Assembly: GCA_027001995.1 (NCBI GenBank)
Contig: JALTLO010000158.1
Coordinates: forward strand, 1 to 30,099
Length of the DNA: 30,099 nt
Reading direction: 5' to 3'
Source: Planctomycetota bacterium
GTDB lineage: Bacteria > Planctomycetota > GCA-002687715 > DRQF01
The notes under the pieces are model-generated. The model ran no database searches and was not told the DNA's origin. It saw only the letters and a list, made by a program, of their open reading frames with translations. Positions 9,018-18,069 of the stretch are shown piece by piece; position 1 is the first letter of the stretch, and each line of letters starts with the position of its first letter. The position numbers and the translations under genes were made by a program.

Positions 9018-9860
9018 TCAGTTTTCTCTTGTCTTGAGTGGGCGAAAAGGGGTTTCTCCGCCACTGCGGAAGCGACCAATGATTTCTTGCGTCTTTGGGC
9101 TGAGCAGGTAATCGCAGAGTTTGTTGGCTCCTCGATTGTTCTCTTTTCCCCGGAGTTCTTCTCGAATGACTATTGCAGAATAGGGGTTCCCCAGTGTGGG
9201 ATGATCTTGCACCAGAATACGAAGATCGACTTTGGGCTTAAACCGAAGAAAAGTGGCACGATCGGTCAAAACGTAAGATTGTGTCTGGTGGGTCATGATG
9301 AGCGTGGCTCCCATGCCGCGGCCGCTTTCGATGCAGTCTCGCCAAAGAGCTTCTATGCCAGCGAGTTTGAAGAGTGTTTTTTCTTTACGATGAGTTCCGC
9401 TGTCGTCTCCTCGTGAAACATAGGGTGCAGAGACAGTCCGCAAGTGACTCAAGGCCATGGATGGGGTCATGCCCTCGATGCTGGCTGGATCGTCTTGGGG
9501 ACCCACCAGGATGAACTGGTTGGAGAAGAGGGAGGCCCGTCGACTTCCAGATCCCTCTTGCATGAAGAGCTCTTCGGCGCTGGGATCATGAACAATAATG
9601 AGATCGACATCCCCTTTGCGTCCCAGCTCCAGGGCTGCTCCGGTCCCCACGGCCAAGACGTCAATTCGAATGTTCTCTTGGTTCTCAAATGGTGGCAATA
9701 TCTCATCTAATAAACCGGAATCCCGGGTGCTCGTTGTGACTGCTAGTCGCAAGGATGTGCAGGGTTTGCCCCTTCGATTCCCGTCTTGGCAGGCAAAGAG
9801 AGCGACACATATAAAGAGGACGAGAGAGTGGAATCGCAAGGATGACCTCCATTTGAGCAT
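9018..9860 (-). CDS. tupA: tungstate ABC transporter substrate-binding lipoprotein
   Basis: LRLAVTTSTRDSGLL, AVGTGAALELG..GDVD, SRGDDSGTH, GMGATL, LTDRATF, NPY. Lipobox LFAC follows ATG 9860; the longer ORF-track start is unlikely. Confidence 0.85.
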   Translation of the reverse strand: MLKWRSSLRFHSLVLFICVALFACQDGNRRGKPCTSLRLAVTTSTRDSGLLDEILPPFENQENIRIDVLAVGTGAALELGRKGDVDLIIVHDPSAEELFMQEGSGSRRASLFSNQFILVGPQDDPASIEGMTPSMALSHLRTVSAPYVSRGDDSGTHRKEKTLFKLAGIEALWRDCIESGRGMGATLIMTHQTQSYVLTDRATFLRFKPKVDLRILVQDHPTLGNPYSAIVIREELRGKENNRGANKLCDYLLSPKTQEIIGRFRSGGETPFRPLKTREN

Positions 9861-10408
9861 GATGGCGAGAGGATAGCTTGTTACGCTTTGGCCGTCCATC
9901 TTGTCTGGCATGGCTGGAACATTCGCCGCTTCACGCTGTCTCAGATCGCTGAGATAGTTGGCTCTCAGAGATTCGCCAATTTGACAAGGGAGCCATTGGG
10001 ACTTTCTTCTGCTACCGGCGCCATGGCACCTATGGTTCCTCATGGGGGCAAAAGAAATCGCAGTAACCGGTTTTTGTTGTGGACAGTTTGTCCTGATCCA
10101 TGCTCATCGGTTGGGTGGACTGTGATTGAGGACTAATGAGCCTAACATGTTCGTATAACGATGCTTGCGTAAATGGCGAAGGATTCTGATAAGGCGATAT
10201 TCGAGCTGCTCGGACGGAGAGACGCTTCAATTGCCAACGTCAAGCTCGGTTTCTCGACTCCTTGACTTGAAGGGGGTTGGATTGGAGAAGAAAATACCAT
10301 GATTCGAAACCGTGATGTTCCATTGTCGGATCGTTCTACTATCGCCCTGGAAACCGGAGTTTTCCTTCGAATCTGAGTTTTAGATCCATCATCTTGGGAA
10401 GAAAAGAA

Positions 10409-11281
10409 ATGACCGCCACTGCTGCGACGAATGGTTGGGGAAAAAGTCAGCTTGTTTGGAGCTCGCTCATCTTCATCATTGTCGCTCATATCTTAGCCAT
10501 CGCTGGAATCGTCCATATTGTGACAGATTTCTCTTGGTGGACATTGGGCTTAGGTTTCTTGTGGTATCTCTTCAGTGGTTTGTCCATCACGGCGGGGTAT
10601 CATCGTTTGTTTTCCCACAAAAGCTACGAGGCACATGCTCTTGTGAAGCTGTTCTTTTTGGCTTTTGGTGCCGCCTGCGCACAGAACACGGCTTTGAAAT
10701 GGTGCGCTGACCATCGTGTTCATCACAAATTCGCAGATCAAGACTCCGACCCATACTCCGTCCGGGATGGTTTCTGGTGGGCTCACATTGGTTGGGTGTT
10801 TCACAAAGGGTGTGAGCGTCCCCATGTGTCTTGCAGTGACTTAGAGGCTGACCCACTGGTTCAGTGGCAAGCCAAACACTATATTGCGATTGCACTCTTC
10901 GTTGCGGTGGTCATTCCAGGAGCCCTTGGTTTTTTCTGGGATGATGCCCTCGGTGCTATTCTCTTTGCCGGCTTCACTCGTTTGGTCTGGACGTGGCATG
11001 CCACATTCTCCATCAATTCAGTGACCCATCGTTTCGGCAAGAAGACCTATTGCAAGAATGAGTCAGGGATGGACTCTGGGCTTGTGGCTCTTTTGACCAT
11101 GGGAGAGGGTTACCACAACTTTCATCATCGGTTTCAGACGGACTACCGCAATGGCATCAAGTGGTATCATTATGACCCATCCAAGTGGCTTGTCTTTATG
11201 ATGTCCAAGATCGGTCTGACCAGGAAGCTCGTTCGGGTGCCGCAGAAGGTTATCGACAACGCTCGGGCGGAAGTCAGTTAG
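10409..11281 (+). CDS. acyl-CoA / acyl-lipid delta-9-type membrane desaturase
   Basis: His boxes GYHRLFSH, DHRVHH and GEGYHNFHH; INSVTH; DYRNGIKWYHYDPSKW. Confidence 0.92.
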   Translation: MTATAATNGWGKSQLVWSSLIFIIVAHILAIAGIVHIVTDFSWWTLGLGFLWYLFSGLSITAGYHRLFSHKSYEAHALVKLFFLAFGAACAQNTALKWCADHRVHHKFADQDSDPYSVRDGFWWAHIGWVFHKGCERPHVSCSDLEADPLVQWQAKHYIAIALFVAVVIPGALGFFWDDALGAILFAGFTRLVWTWHATFSINSVTHRFGKKTYCKNESGMDSGLVALLTMGEGYHNFHHRFQTDYRNGIKWYHYDPSKWLVFMMSKIGLTRKLVRVPQKVIDNARAEVS

Positions 11282-11289
11282 GGCCTTTG

Positions 11290-12531
11290 TTGCGAATTCT
11301 TCATCTTACGCATTATTTCTTGCCGGAAAGCCAGGGGGGAACCCAGGCCTACGTCGCTCATTTGTCTCAATACCAATCGAGTTTGGGGCATGAGGTGGCC
11401 GTTATCACGGGATCGCCTCGGGTTGTGGATACTCCCCAAGTCGAGAATTCCATTTGGCAAGACATTCCCAGTCTTCGAATTTTTCGTTGTGGTGAAGAAG
11501 AGAGATTCTCTGGTGATGTAGGAAGTGCCCGCATCCTTGGCCTTGTGAAGGAGCGAGTGGAGGGGTTTGCTCCCGATCTTTGCCATATTCATCATTGGCA
11601 TGGCCTAAGCCGTGGGCTTGTTCCGATGATTAAGGAACTTGGTATACCTGTTGTTGTCACCCTGCATGATCTCTTTACCACTTGCATGCGTTTCTTTCGG
11701 ATGCCAAGTCCTCGGGAGTTTTGTGGAAGCGCCGTGGGGTTTGACACCTGCGCTGCTTGTGTCTCCCCAGACTTGCCTAACCGATCGTTAGCCGAAATAG
11801 AGGCTTTTGCACGAGATCGATTTCAGAGCTATCAAGGGGAATTGAACGCTGCGGACGCCGTGTTTTGTGTCAGCCTAGCCCAAGGAAATCTGCTTCAGTC
11901 GATTCCGGGTTTTGATCTGGCGAAAATGAAGGTGCTGCCCATAGGTGTCCCGAAACTGTATGCATCTCATGGGACTTACTCCACGAAGTTGACAAGTGGG
12001 CCTCTCAAAGTTGTCTCTTGGGGTGGGGTAGAGCCTCGAAAGGGGGCTCATCTCATTGCCTCCGCTCTTGCTAAGATCGGCGATCCAACCGATTTTGAAT
12101 TGCACCTCCATGGCGAAGTCGCATCCCCGGAATACGCCCAAGAGATAGTGGCGAAAGCTGGGGCAGTTCCGGTGACGTTTCATGGCCGCTATAGCGATGA
12201 GCGTATGGCTCGTTTCGCCGCGGAGTATGATTTGGCTGTCTTTCCTTTCATTGCTTTCGAAACTTATGCTTTGTCCGTAGATGAAGCTCTTCACTTGGGA
12301 ATTCCCTTAGTGGTTTGTGATCGTGGTGCGCCAAAAGAACGATTGGGAGGAAGGGGCCGAGTTTTTCCTGCGGAAGACGTGTCGGCCCTGGCGAAACTCA
12401 TAGATGAACTTCGCAGGAATCCGTCGCGCCTCAGGACGATGGCGGAGAATCATCATAGCGCCAAGCTTCTTCCTGCCCACGGCGCTGCACTCGATCTGGC
12501 TTACGGGGTGGTCTTGGGTGATCAAGGCTAA
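11290..12531 (+). CDS. glycosyltransferase family 4 (GT-B)
   Basis: RILHLTHYFLPESQGGT, PDLCHIHH, VVTLHD, RKG and E-x7-E (ETYALSVDE). Probable TTG start 8 nt after the desaturase stop. Confidence 0.88.
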   Translation: MRILHLTHYFLPESQGGTQAYVAHLSQYQSSLGHEVAVITGSPRVVDTPQVENSIWQDIPSLRIFRCGEEERFSGDVGSARILGLVKERVEGFAPDLCHIHHWHGLSRGLVPMIKELGIPVVVTLHDLFTTCMRFFRMPSPREFCGSAVGFDTCAACVSPDLPNRSLAEIEAFARDRFQSYQGELNAADAVFCVSLAQGNLLQSIPGFDLAKMKVLPIGVPKLYASHGTYSTKLTSGPLKVVSWGGVEPRKGAHLIASALAKIGDPTDFELHLHGEVASPEYAQEIVAKAGAVPVTFHGRYSDERMARFAAEYDLAVFPFIAFETYALSVDEALHLGIPLVVCDRGAPKERLGGRGRVFPAEDVSALAKLIDELRRNPSRLRTMAENHHSAKLLPAHGAALDLAYGVVLGDQG

Positions 12532-12697
12532 GGCCGTGAATCACGACCAACGACCACGATCTCTTGCAAGAGCGCAGCGTGGGGATATTCCAGAGCTTAT
12601 CCCCGTTTGGCCCAGTTATTTTCAAATTCTGTTCCCGAAAACTCTGATTTCAGGGAGTCAGTTGATGGAGAAAATGGTCAAACTCGGAGGTCGTCTT

Positions 12698-14344
12698 ATG
12701 TTGACGTTGCAGCGTTCCCTCGTTTCTATGGTCCTCTTCATGGGGATATCGTCCATGGCATGGGCCCAGGGGTTACCCCCGGTTCCAGTTCCTTCAGCGA
12801 ACGCCATCACTCCCTCCAAGGCCGTCTTGGGAAAGATCCTTTTTTGGGACGAGCAAATGTCTAGCGACAATCGCATGGCTTGCGGGACTTGTCATCGCAC
12901 TGAGTTTGGCGGCGGCGATTCGCGTTTCGGTGTCAATCCGGGGGTAGATAACACCTTTGGGACATTTGATGACGTCGTGGGCTCTGTCGGCGTGCGCCGT
13001 GCGGACAGCAACAATAGTTTCATGCCTGATCCCAACTTCTTTTTGTTTCCCCAAGTTACTGGTCGCCTCGCACCTACTATGATCAATGCGGCCTATGTCC
13101 CAGAAATGTTCTGGGATGGTCGGGCTGGAACTGTTTTCGATGATCCAGAGACTGGCGGCAATGTGCTCATTTCCGGGGGGGCTTTGGAGAACCAAGCTGC
13201 GGGCCCACCTCTCGCCAATGCCGAAATGGCCCATGACAATCGCAATTGGAGCGAAATTACGGCTAAGTTAGCTACTGTGATTCCTCTGAAATTGGCAACG
13301 AACATTCCGAACGACATGATGACTGCCTTGTCTACCAATCCAGACTATCCTTCCTTGTTTCAAGCGGCATTTGGAAGCCCTCAAATCACGGCGTCCCGCA
13401 TTGCTCAAGCGATTGCAACCTACGAACGAACTTTGATTTCGGATCAGACACCTTTCGATGCGTTCTTGGCTGGAAATATGAATGCATTGACACCTGGGCA
13501 ACAAGCGGGTTTGCAGACATTCCGCACCAATGGACGTTGCGATAACTGTCATGCCGGGGCGCTGACAACAGACAACAGCTTTCGCACTATCGGAATTAGA
13601 CCTCCCAGCGAAGATCCAGGTCGGATGAACGTCACGGGAAACGCAGCGGATCTTGGTGCCTTTAAGGTTCCGACTTTGCGGAACATCGGCTTGCGAGCCA
13701 ACTTCATGCACAACGGTAGGTTCTTCAGTTTACCCCAAGTTTTAGCGTTCTATGCCCGGGGTGGTGATTTCGTATTGAACCAAGACCCGATTATCGCCCA
13801 GATCAATTTGCCTCTCAATCAGCGGGCTAATTTGATCGATTTTCTGGTGAACGGTTTGACTGATCCACGGGTTGCTCAAGCTCAATTCCCTTTTGATCGT
13901 CCAACTCTCAACAGCGAAGTCAACCCATTTGGTTCGACGCTTCTGGGGACAGACTTAGCTGGCACCGGCGGGATTGCTCCTATCATGCTTGCCTTTGACC
14001 CGGTGAACATTGGCAACACAGACTACCGATTAGGCGTTACAACCACTTTGGGTGCCAGTACGGCCTATCTGCTCTATTCCGACGTTCCAGCAGCGCCGAA
14101 CACCGTGTTGGGTGGCGTCCCATTTGTTGTGGATCCAAATCACGGGAGTTTCGGGTATGTGGAAGTTTCAACCGCAGGGGGGATGTTGCCTGGAGACGGC
14201 TATGCGACCTTGCATTTTCCGATTCCTAACAACCCAGCCCTGATTGGGTTTAGCAGGTATGTCCAATGGTTGGTCTTGGACAATGGGAGTGCTGCATCCT
14301 TGTCCTTTTCCTCTTCTCGAGGGGCCGAGCTGGTCGTTTTCTAA
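12698..14344 (+). CDS. secreted di-heme cytochrome c peroxidase family protein (MauG/BthA-like) with an extra C-terminal domain
   Basis: GGAGG SD at 12686-12690; signal peptide ending AWA-Q; LGKILFWD, CGTCH, MFWDGRA, CDNCH, FKVPTLRN, FMHNG. Confidence 0.9.
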   Translation: MLTLQRSLVSMVLFMGISSMAWAQGLPPVPVPSANAITPSKAVLGKILFWDEQMSSDNRMACGTCHRTEFGGGDSRFGVNPGVDNTFGTFDDVVGSVGVRRADSNNSFMPDPNFFLFPQVTGRLAPTMINAAYVPEMFWDGRAGTVFDDPETGGNVLISGGALENQAAGPPLANAEMAHDNRNWSEITAKLATVIPLKLATNIPNDMMTALSTNPDYPSLFQAAFGSPQITASRIAQAIATYERTLISDQTPFDAFLAGNMNALTPGQQAGLQTFRTNGRCDNCHAGALTTDNSFRTIGIRPPSEDPGRMNVTGNAADLGAFKVPTLRNIGLRANFMHNGRFFSLPQVLAFYARGGDFVLNQDPIIAQINLPLNQRANLIDFLVNGLTDPRVAQAQFPFDRPTLNSEVNPFGSTLLGTDLAGTGGIAPIMLAFDPVNIGNTDYRLGVTTTLGASTAYLLYSDVPAAPNTVLGGVPFVVDPNHGSFGYVEVSTAGGMLPGDGYATLHFPIPNNPALIGFSRYVQWLVLDNGSAASLSFSSSRGAELVVF

Positions 14345-14420
14345 CCCAAACCGATCCTTGATTCGCTCTTAGAGCGAGTCTTCGATCACCTAATTCTCCC
14401 CCCTATAATTAGGAAACAGC

Positions 14421-14460
14421 GAGAAGGTGGTCCTCCCCCAAGACCACCTTCTCTTTTTTT
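14421..14460 (+). terminator. rho-independent terminator
   Basis: GAGAAGGTGGTC-ctcccccaa-GACCACCTTCTC-TTTTTTT: perfect 12-bp stem followed by T7. Confidence 0.85.
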
Positions 14461-14491
14461 CATAGTCGCTGTACAATTGTTCAGGTCAGCT

Positions 14492-15589
14492 ATGAATGAA
14501 CAAGAGAACAACCAGACGGTGACTCCCAAGACTTGGATTCTGCTAAGCGACAAGCTGGGAGACAATGCCCAGGTCAATCGCGTAGCCGATGAACTGCCTT
14601 GGCCCGTGGAGACTCGAAGTCTTGTGTTTCTCGAGCAGTATCGTTTGGGCAAGCCCGATTTTTCAGCTTCCCTCTATCATGTGGACTTAGCTCTTTCGGA
14701 TGATCTTGAGTCCCCTTGGCCTGACCTCATTCTGACCATCGGCCGCAGACCCGCCATGGTCGCCCAGTGGATTCGAAAGCAATCTCAGGGCAAGACGAAG
14801 GTGGTCCTTTTTGGTCGCCCGAAAGTTGGGCTGAGGGACTACGATCTTGTTATTGCTCCGGGGCAATACCATTTACCTCAGTCTGAGCACATCTTTCCCA
14901 TCAACTTGCCACTGATGCGGATAGATGAAGAGCGATTGAGGGTAGCGCGAGAGATTTGGCAAGAGCGTCTTGAAACCATGAAGAAGCCCCTCATCGCTGT
15001 GCTTGTGGGGGGTACGACCAAACCCTTTGATTTGACTGAGCGAGCCGGAAAAGAGCTGGCTCAAAAAGCTCTAACCATCGCTGACTCTTGCCAAGGTAGC
15101 CTCTACTTCACCACCAGCCGCAGGACGCAGCCAGAAGCAATCCGTGCCATGCGGGAAGTGTTGCCTCAGGCGATCCCATTCTTTGAATTCACCCCCAATG
15201 GTAATGAGAATCCTTTCATGGGGCTTATGGCCTGTGCTGACCGGTTCATCGTTACTGGGGATAGCGTTTCCATGATGGTGGAAGTGGCTGGGTTGGGGAA
15301 ACCCTTGGCAATCTATGAATTGCCACTCCAGAGGGGGCTGAGGACGTGGTTAGACCAAAAAATTCTCCGTTTTTGCCATCAAGAGGGAGCTCGATTTAAG
15401 TTTCTCCCTCGTTTATTGCAGTCAAGGGGGTTGATGGGGTATCCGAGAGACCTCACTCTGATTCATAAATATCTCTATGATTGTGGGGCAGCCCGTCCTC
15501 TGAGGCGTGGATTTCCTGCTGACGGTGCTATGATCGGCAACGATGTTGCGGCTGTGTCCCTGAGGATTCAGCAACTCATGGAGTCGTGA
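14492..15589 (+). CDS. mitochondrial fission ELM1-family protein
   Basis: WILLSDKLGDNAQ, PWPDLILTIGRR, DLVI, AVLVGG, TTSRRT, NPFMGLMACADRFIVTGDSVSMMVE: ELM1-family motifs. Confidence 0.85.
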   Translation: MNEQENNQTVTPKTWILLSDKLGDNAQVNRVADELPWPVETRSLVFLEQYRLGKPDFSASLYHVDLALSDDLESPWPDLILTIGRRPAMVAQWIRKQSQGKTKVVLFGRPKVGLRDYDLVIAPGQYHLPQSEHIFPINLPLMRIDEERLRVAREIWQERLETMKKPLIAVLVGGTTKPFDLTERAGKELAQKALTIADSCQGSLYFTTSRRTQPEAIRAMREVLPQAIPFFEFTPNGNENPFMGLMACADRFIVTGDSVSMMVEVAGLGKPLAIYELPLQRGLRTWLDQKILRFCHQEGARFKFLPRLLQSRGLMGYPRDLTLIHKYLYDCGAARPLRRGFPADGAMIGNDVAAVSLRIQQLMES

Positions 15590-15640
15590 CGACCCTGCAT
15601 GATCTCCGGACGATCGGAATGTGCTTAAGAGGACGAGTAG

Positions 15641-16579
15641 ATGAGACCGTTTTTCACCAAGTTCTGGCGCCAGTGCGTCGTGTCCGCCAACTTTTTTCGA
15701 TCGGTGGAAGACCGCATCGCCTTGGAGCGTCGACTCAGAGGAAAGGACGAAGCGAAAAAGCTCTCTGAGTGTGATTGCGCCCTCGTGTCCTTTGGCAAGA
15801 GTGGAAGAACTTGGTTGCGGGTCATGATCTCGGGGTTTTACCAAGCCAAACACGGACTTGGGGAATCTCAGATGATCGTATTCGATAATCTGCATCGCAA
15901 GAATCCTGCCATCCCCAAGTTGTTCTTTACTCACGACAATTACCTCAAAGATGAAACAGGCCATGGGGATTCTAAAGTTGACTACTATGGCAAGAAGGTT
16001 GTTTTCTTGGCACGCCACCCTGGAGATGTAGCAGTATCTCAGTATTTCCAATGGCAACACCGAATGCGGGATCACAAGATGTTGATCAATGACTATCCGT
16101 CAAAAGACGAGCCCATGTCAATCTATGATTTCGTCGTCGGAGAAAAGGCTGGGTTGCCAAAGATCATTGATTTCATGAATCTCTGGGCCGAGGAAGCTGG
16201 TGCTGTAGGGGACGTCCTCTTGGTTCGCTACGAGGACATGAAGTCTCAACCTCATGAGACCTTGCGCCGAGTCTTAGATTTCGTCGGGACACCAGGGACA
16301 GAGGATGAGATCAATTCTGCTATCGAATATTCTTCCTTCGAAAACATGAAAAAGATGGAAGAGAAGCGGACTTTCTGGTTGTCCGGGAGTCGTATGGTTC
16401 CCAAGGATCGAAAGAACCCTCATTCCTTCAAAGTTCGTCGGGGGAAAGTTGGTGGCTACCGGGACTATTTCGACGAAGCGGAAGAAGCTCATATTCAGAA
16501 ACTGATCTCGGAGAAACTGTCGCCCTTCTTTGGTTATGAATTGAATGATCAGGAAACGTCGGCGGAGGCTTCTTCGTGA
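15641..16579 (+). CDS. PAPS-dependent sulfotransferase (Sulfotransfer_1-like)
   Basis: 5'-PSB loop [10 protein letters not shown], 3'-PB motif [32 protein letters not shown]. Confidence 0.88.
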   Translation: MRPFFTKFWRQCVVSANFFRSVEDRIALERRLRGKDEAKKLSECDCALVSFGKSGRTWLRVMISGFYQAKHGLGESQMIVFDNLHRKNPAIPKLFFTHDNYLKDETGHGDSKVDYYGKKVVFLARHPGDVAVSQYFQWQHRMRDHKMLINDYPSKDEPMSIYDFVVGEKAGLPKIIDFMNLWAEEAGAVGDVLLVRYEDMKSQPHETLRRVLDFVGTPGTEDEINSAIEYSSFENMKKMEEKRTFWLSGSRMVPKDRKNPHSFKVRRGKVGGYRDYFDEAEEAHIQKLISEKLSPFFGYELNDQETSAEASS

Positions 16580-16610
16580 AAGTCGTCCAGAACTTCTCGA
16601 GAACTTGCTC

Positions 16611-18041
16611 ATGATGAATACCAGAACTGAAGTCGACTTGCTCGGTGAACTCGAGATCGACAATGCCCAATATTATGGCATCCATACTCAGCGGGCTCTC
16701 GACAACTTCAAGATTTCCAAGTGTCGGATCGCCGATTATCCTGTCTTCATTGAGGGCATGGTGGTTACCAAGAAGGCCTGTGCTTTGGCGAACAAGGAGA
16801 TTGGCACGATCCCTCCTGGGAAAGCAGACATGATTGTTCAGGCCTGCGATGAAATCTTGGGGAATGTGGCCAAGTACGTGCCCTATTTCCCGACGGATGT
16901 GTTCCAAGGGGGAGCAGGTACTTCGGTCAACATGAACACCAATGAAGTTATTGCCAATGTCGCCTTAGAAATGAATGGTCACGCTTTGGGCAGCTATGAA
17001 GTTTTGCACCCCAATGACCATGTAAACAAGTCTCAATCGACGAATGATGCTTACCCAACAGGGTTCCGGGTGGCTGTCTACTTTTATATGGGGCGTTTGA
17101 TTGAACAGGTGAATCGACTTATTGACGCTCTGGACGAAAAGGCCCATGCTTTCGTGGACGTCTTGAAGATGGGGCGCACTCAGCTTCAGGATGCGGTGCC
17201 CATGTCATTGGGAAGCGAATTCGGTGCTTGGGCTGCGAACTTGCGTGAGGAAACCAAAATTTTGTTGTCCACTCGGGAGCTCATTCTCGAAGTGAACCTT
17301 GGTGCCACAGCGATTGGGACGGGCGTGAATGCACCTCAAGAGTTTTCCGAGCTTTCCATCGCACACTTGAGACATCTTACGGACGCCAACTTTGTGAAGG
17401 CCGTCAATCTGATCGAAGCCACATCTGATACGGGTGCCTATGTCATGATTTCTGGCACCCTTAAGCGGACAGCGATCAAGTTATCGAAAATCTGTAACGA
17501 CTTGCGTCTCTTGTCATCTGGGCCACGGTGCGGTCTCAATGAGATCAACTTACCTCAGATGCAAGCGGGATCGTCAATCATGCCCGCGAAAGTGAATCCT
17601 GTCATTCCGGAAGTTGTGAACCAAGTCTGCTTCAAGATTATCGGCAATGACGTGACGATTTCGTTTGCGGCAGAATCTGGGCAGTTGCAATTGAACGTCA
17701 TGGAGCCGGTGATCGCTCAATGCGTGTTTGAGTCGATTGAGTTGCTTACGAGCGCCTGCACAACCTTAGCGGAAAAGTGTGTTCCTGGCATTACTGCCAA
17801 CGATCAACACACCAACGACATGGTCTACAAATCTGTTGGGCTTGTTACTTTCCTGAATCCCTTCATTGGTCACCACATGGGTGACGAGATCGGCAAAGAA
17901 GCTGTGAGGACTGGAAAAGGAATTAGAGAGTTGGTCTTAGAGAGAGGTCTTCTCTCCGAAGCTGAGTTGGACCGTATCCTCAGTGTTCAAAACTTGATGC
18001 ACCCGGAATACACCGCCGATCTTCACAAGAAGAGCGAGTGA
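16611..18041 (+). CDS. aspA: aspartate ammonia-lyase
   Basis: [45 protein letters not shown], signature [21 protein letters not shown]. Confidence 0.95.
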   Translation: MMNTRTEVDLLGELEIDNAQYYGIHTQRALDNFKISKCRIADYPVFIEGMVVTKKACALANKEIGTIPPGKADMIVQACDEILGNVAKYVPYFPTDVFQGGAGTSVNMNTNEVIANVALEMNGHALGSYEVLHPNDHVNKSQSTNDAYPTGFRVAVYFYMGRLIEQVNRLIDALDEKAHAFVDVLKMGRTQLQDAVPMSLGSEFGAWAANLREETKILLSTRELILEVNLGATAIGTGVNAPQEFSELSIAHLRHLTDANFVKAVNLIEATSDTGAYVMISGTLKRTAIKLSKICNDLRLLSSGPRCGLNEINLPQMQAGSSIMPAKVNPVIPEVVNQVCFKIIGNDVTISFAAESGQLQLNVMEPVIAQCVFESIELLTSACTTLAEKCVPGITANDQHTNDMVYKSVGLVTFLNPFIGHHMGDEIGKEAVRTGKGIRELVLERGLLSEAELDRILSVQNLMHPEYTADLHKKSE

Positions 18042-18069
18042 TCTTGAACAGGGGTTTGATTCTGCTTCA

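Noticed and set aside
10150..10162. CGTATAACG resembling a ModE half-site upstream of tupA; a Moco/Wco riboswitch was also sought.
   Set aside because: No matching second half-site and no recognisable riboswitch structure.
12404..12697. Long N-terminal extensions given by the ORF track (peroxidase; also tupA, DGC, GT4, lptG, aspA).
   Set aside because: They overlap neighbours or precede clear SD, signal-peptide or domain starts, so downstream starts were chosen.
14404..14409. Perfect TATAAT upstream of the ELM1 gene.
   Set aside because: No credible -35, it lies within a hairpin, and a strong terminator follows immediately.
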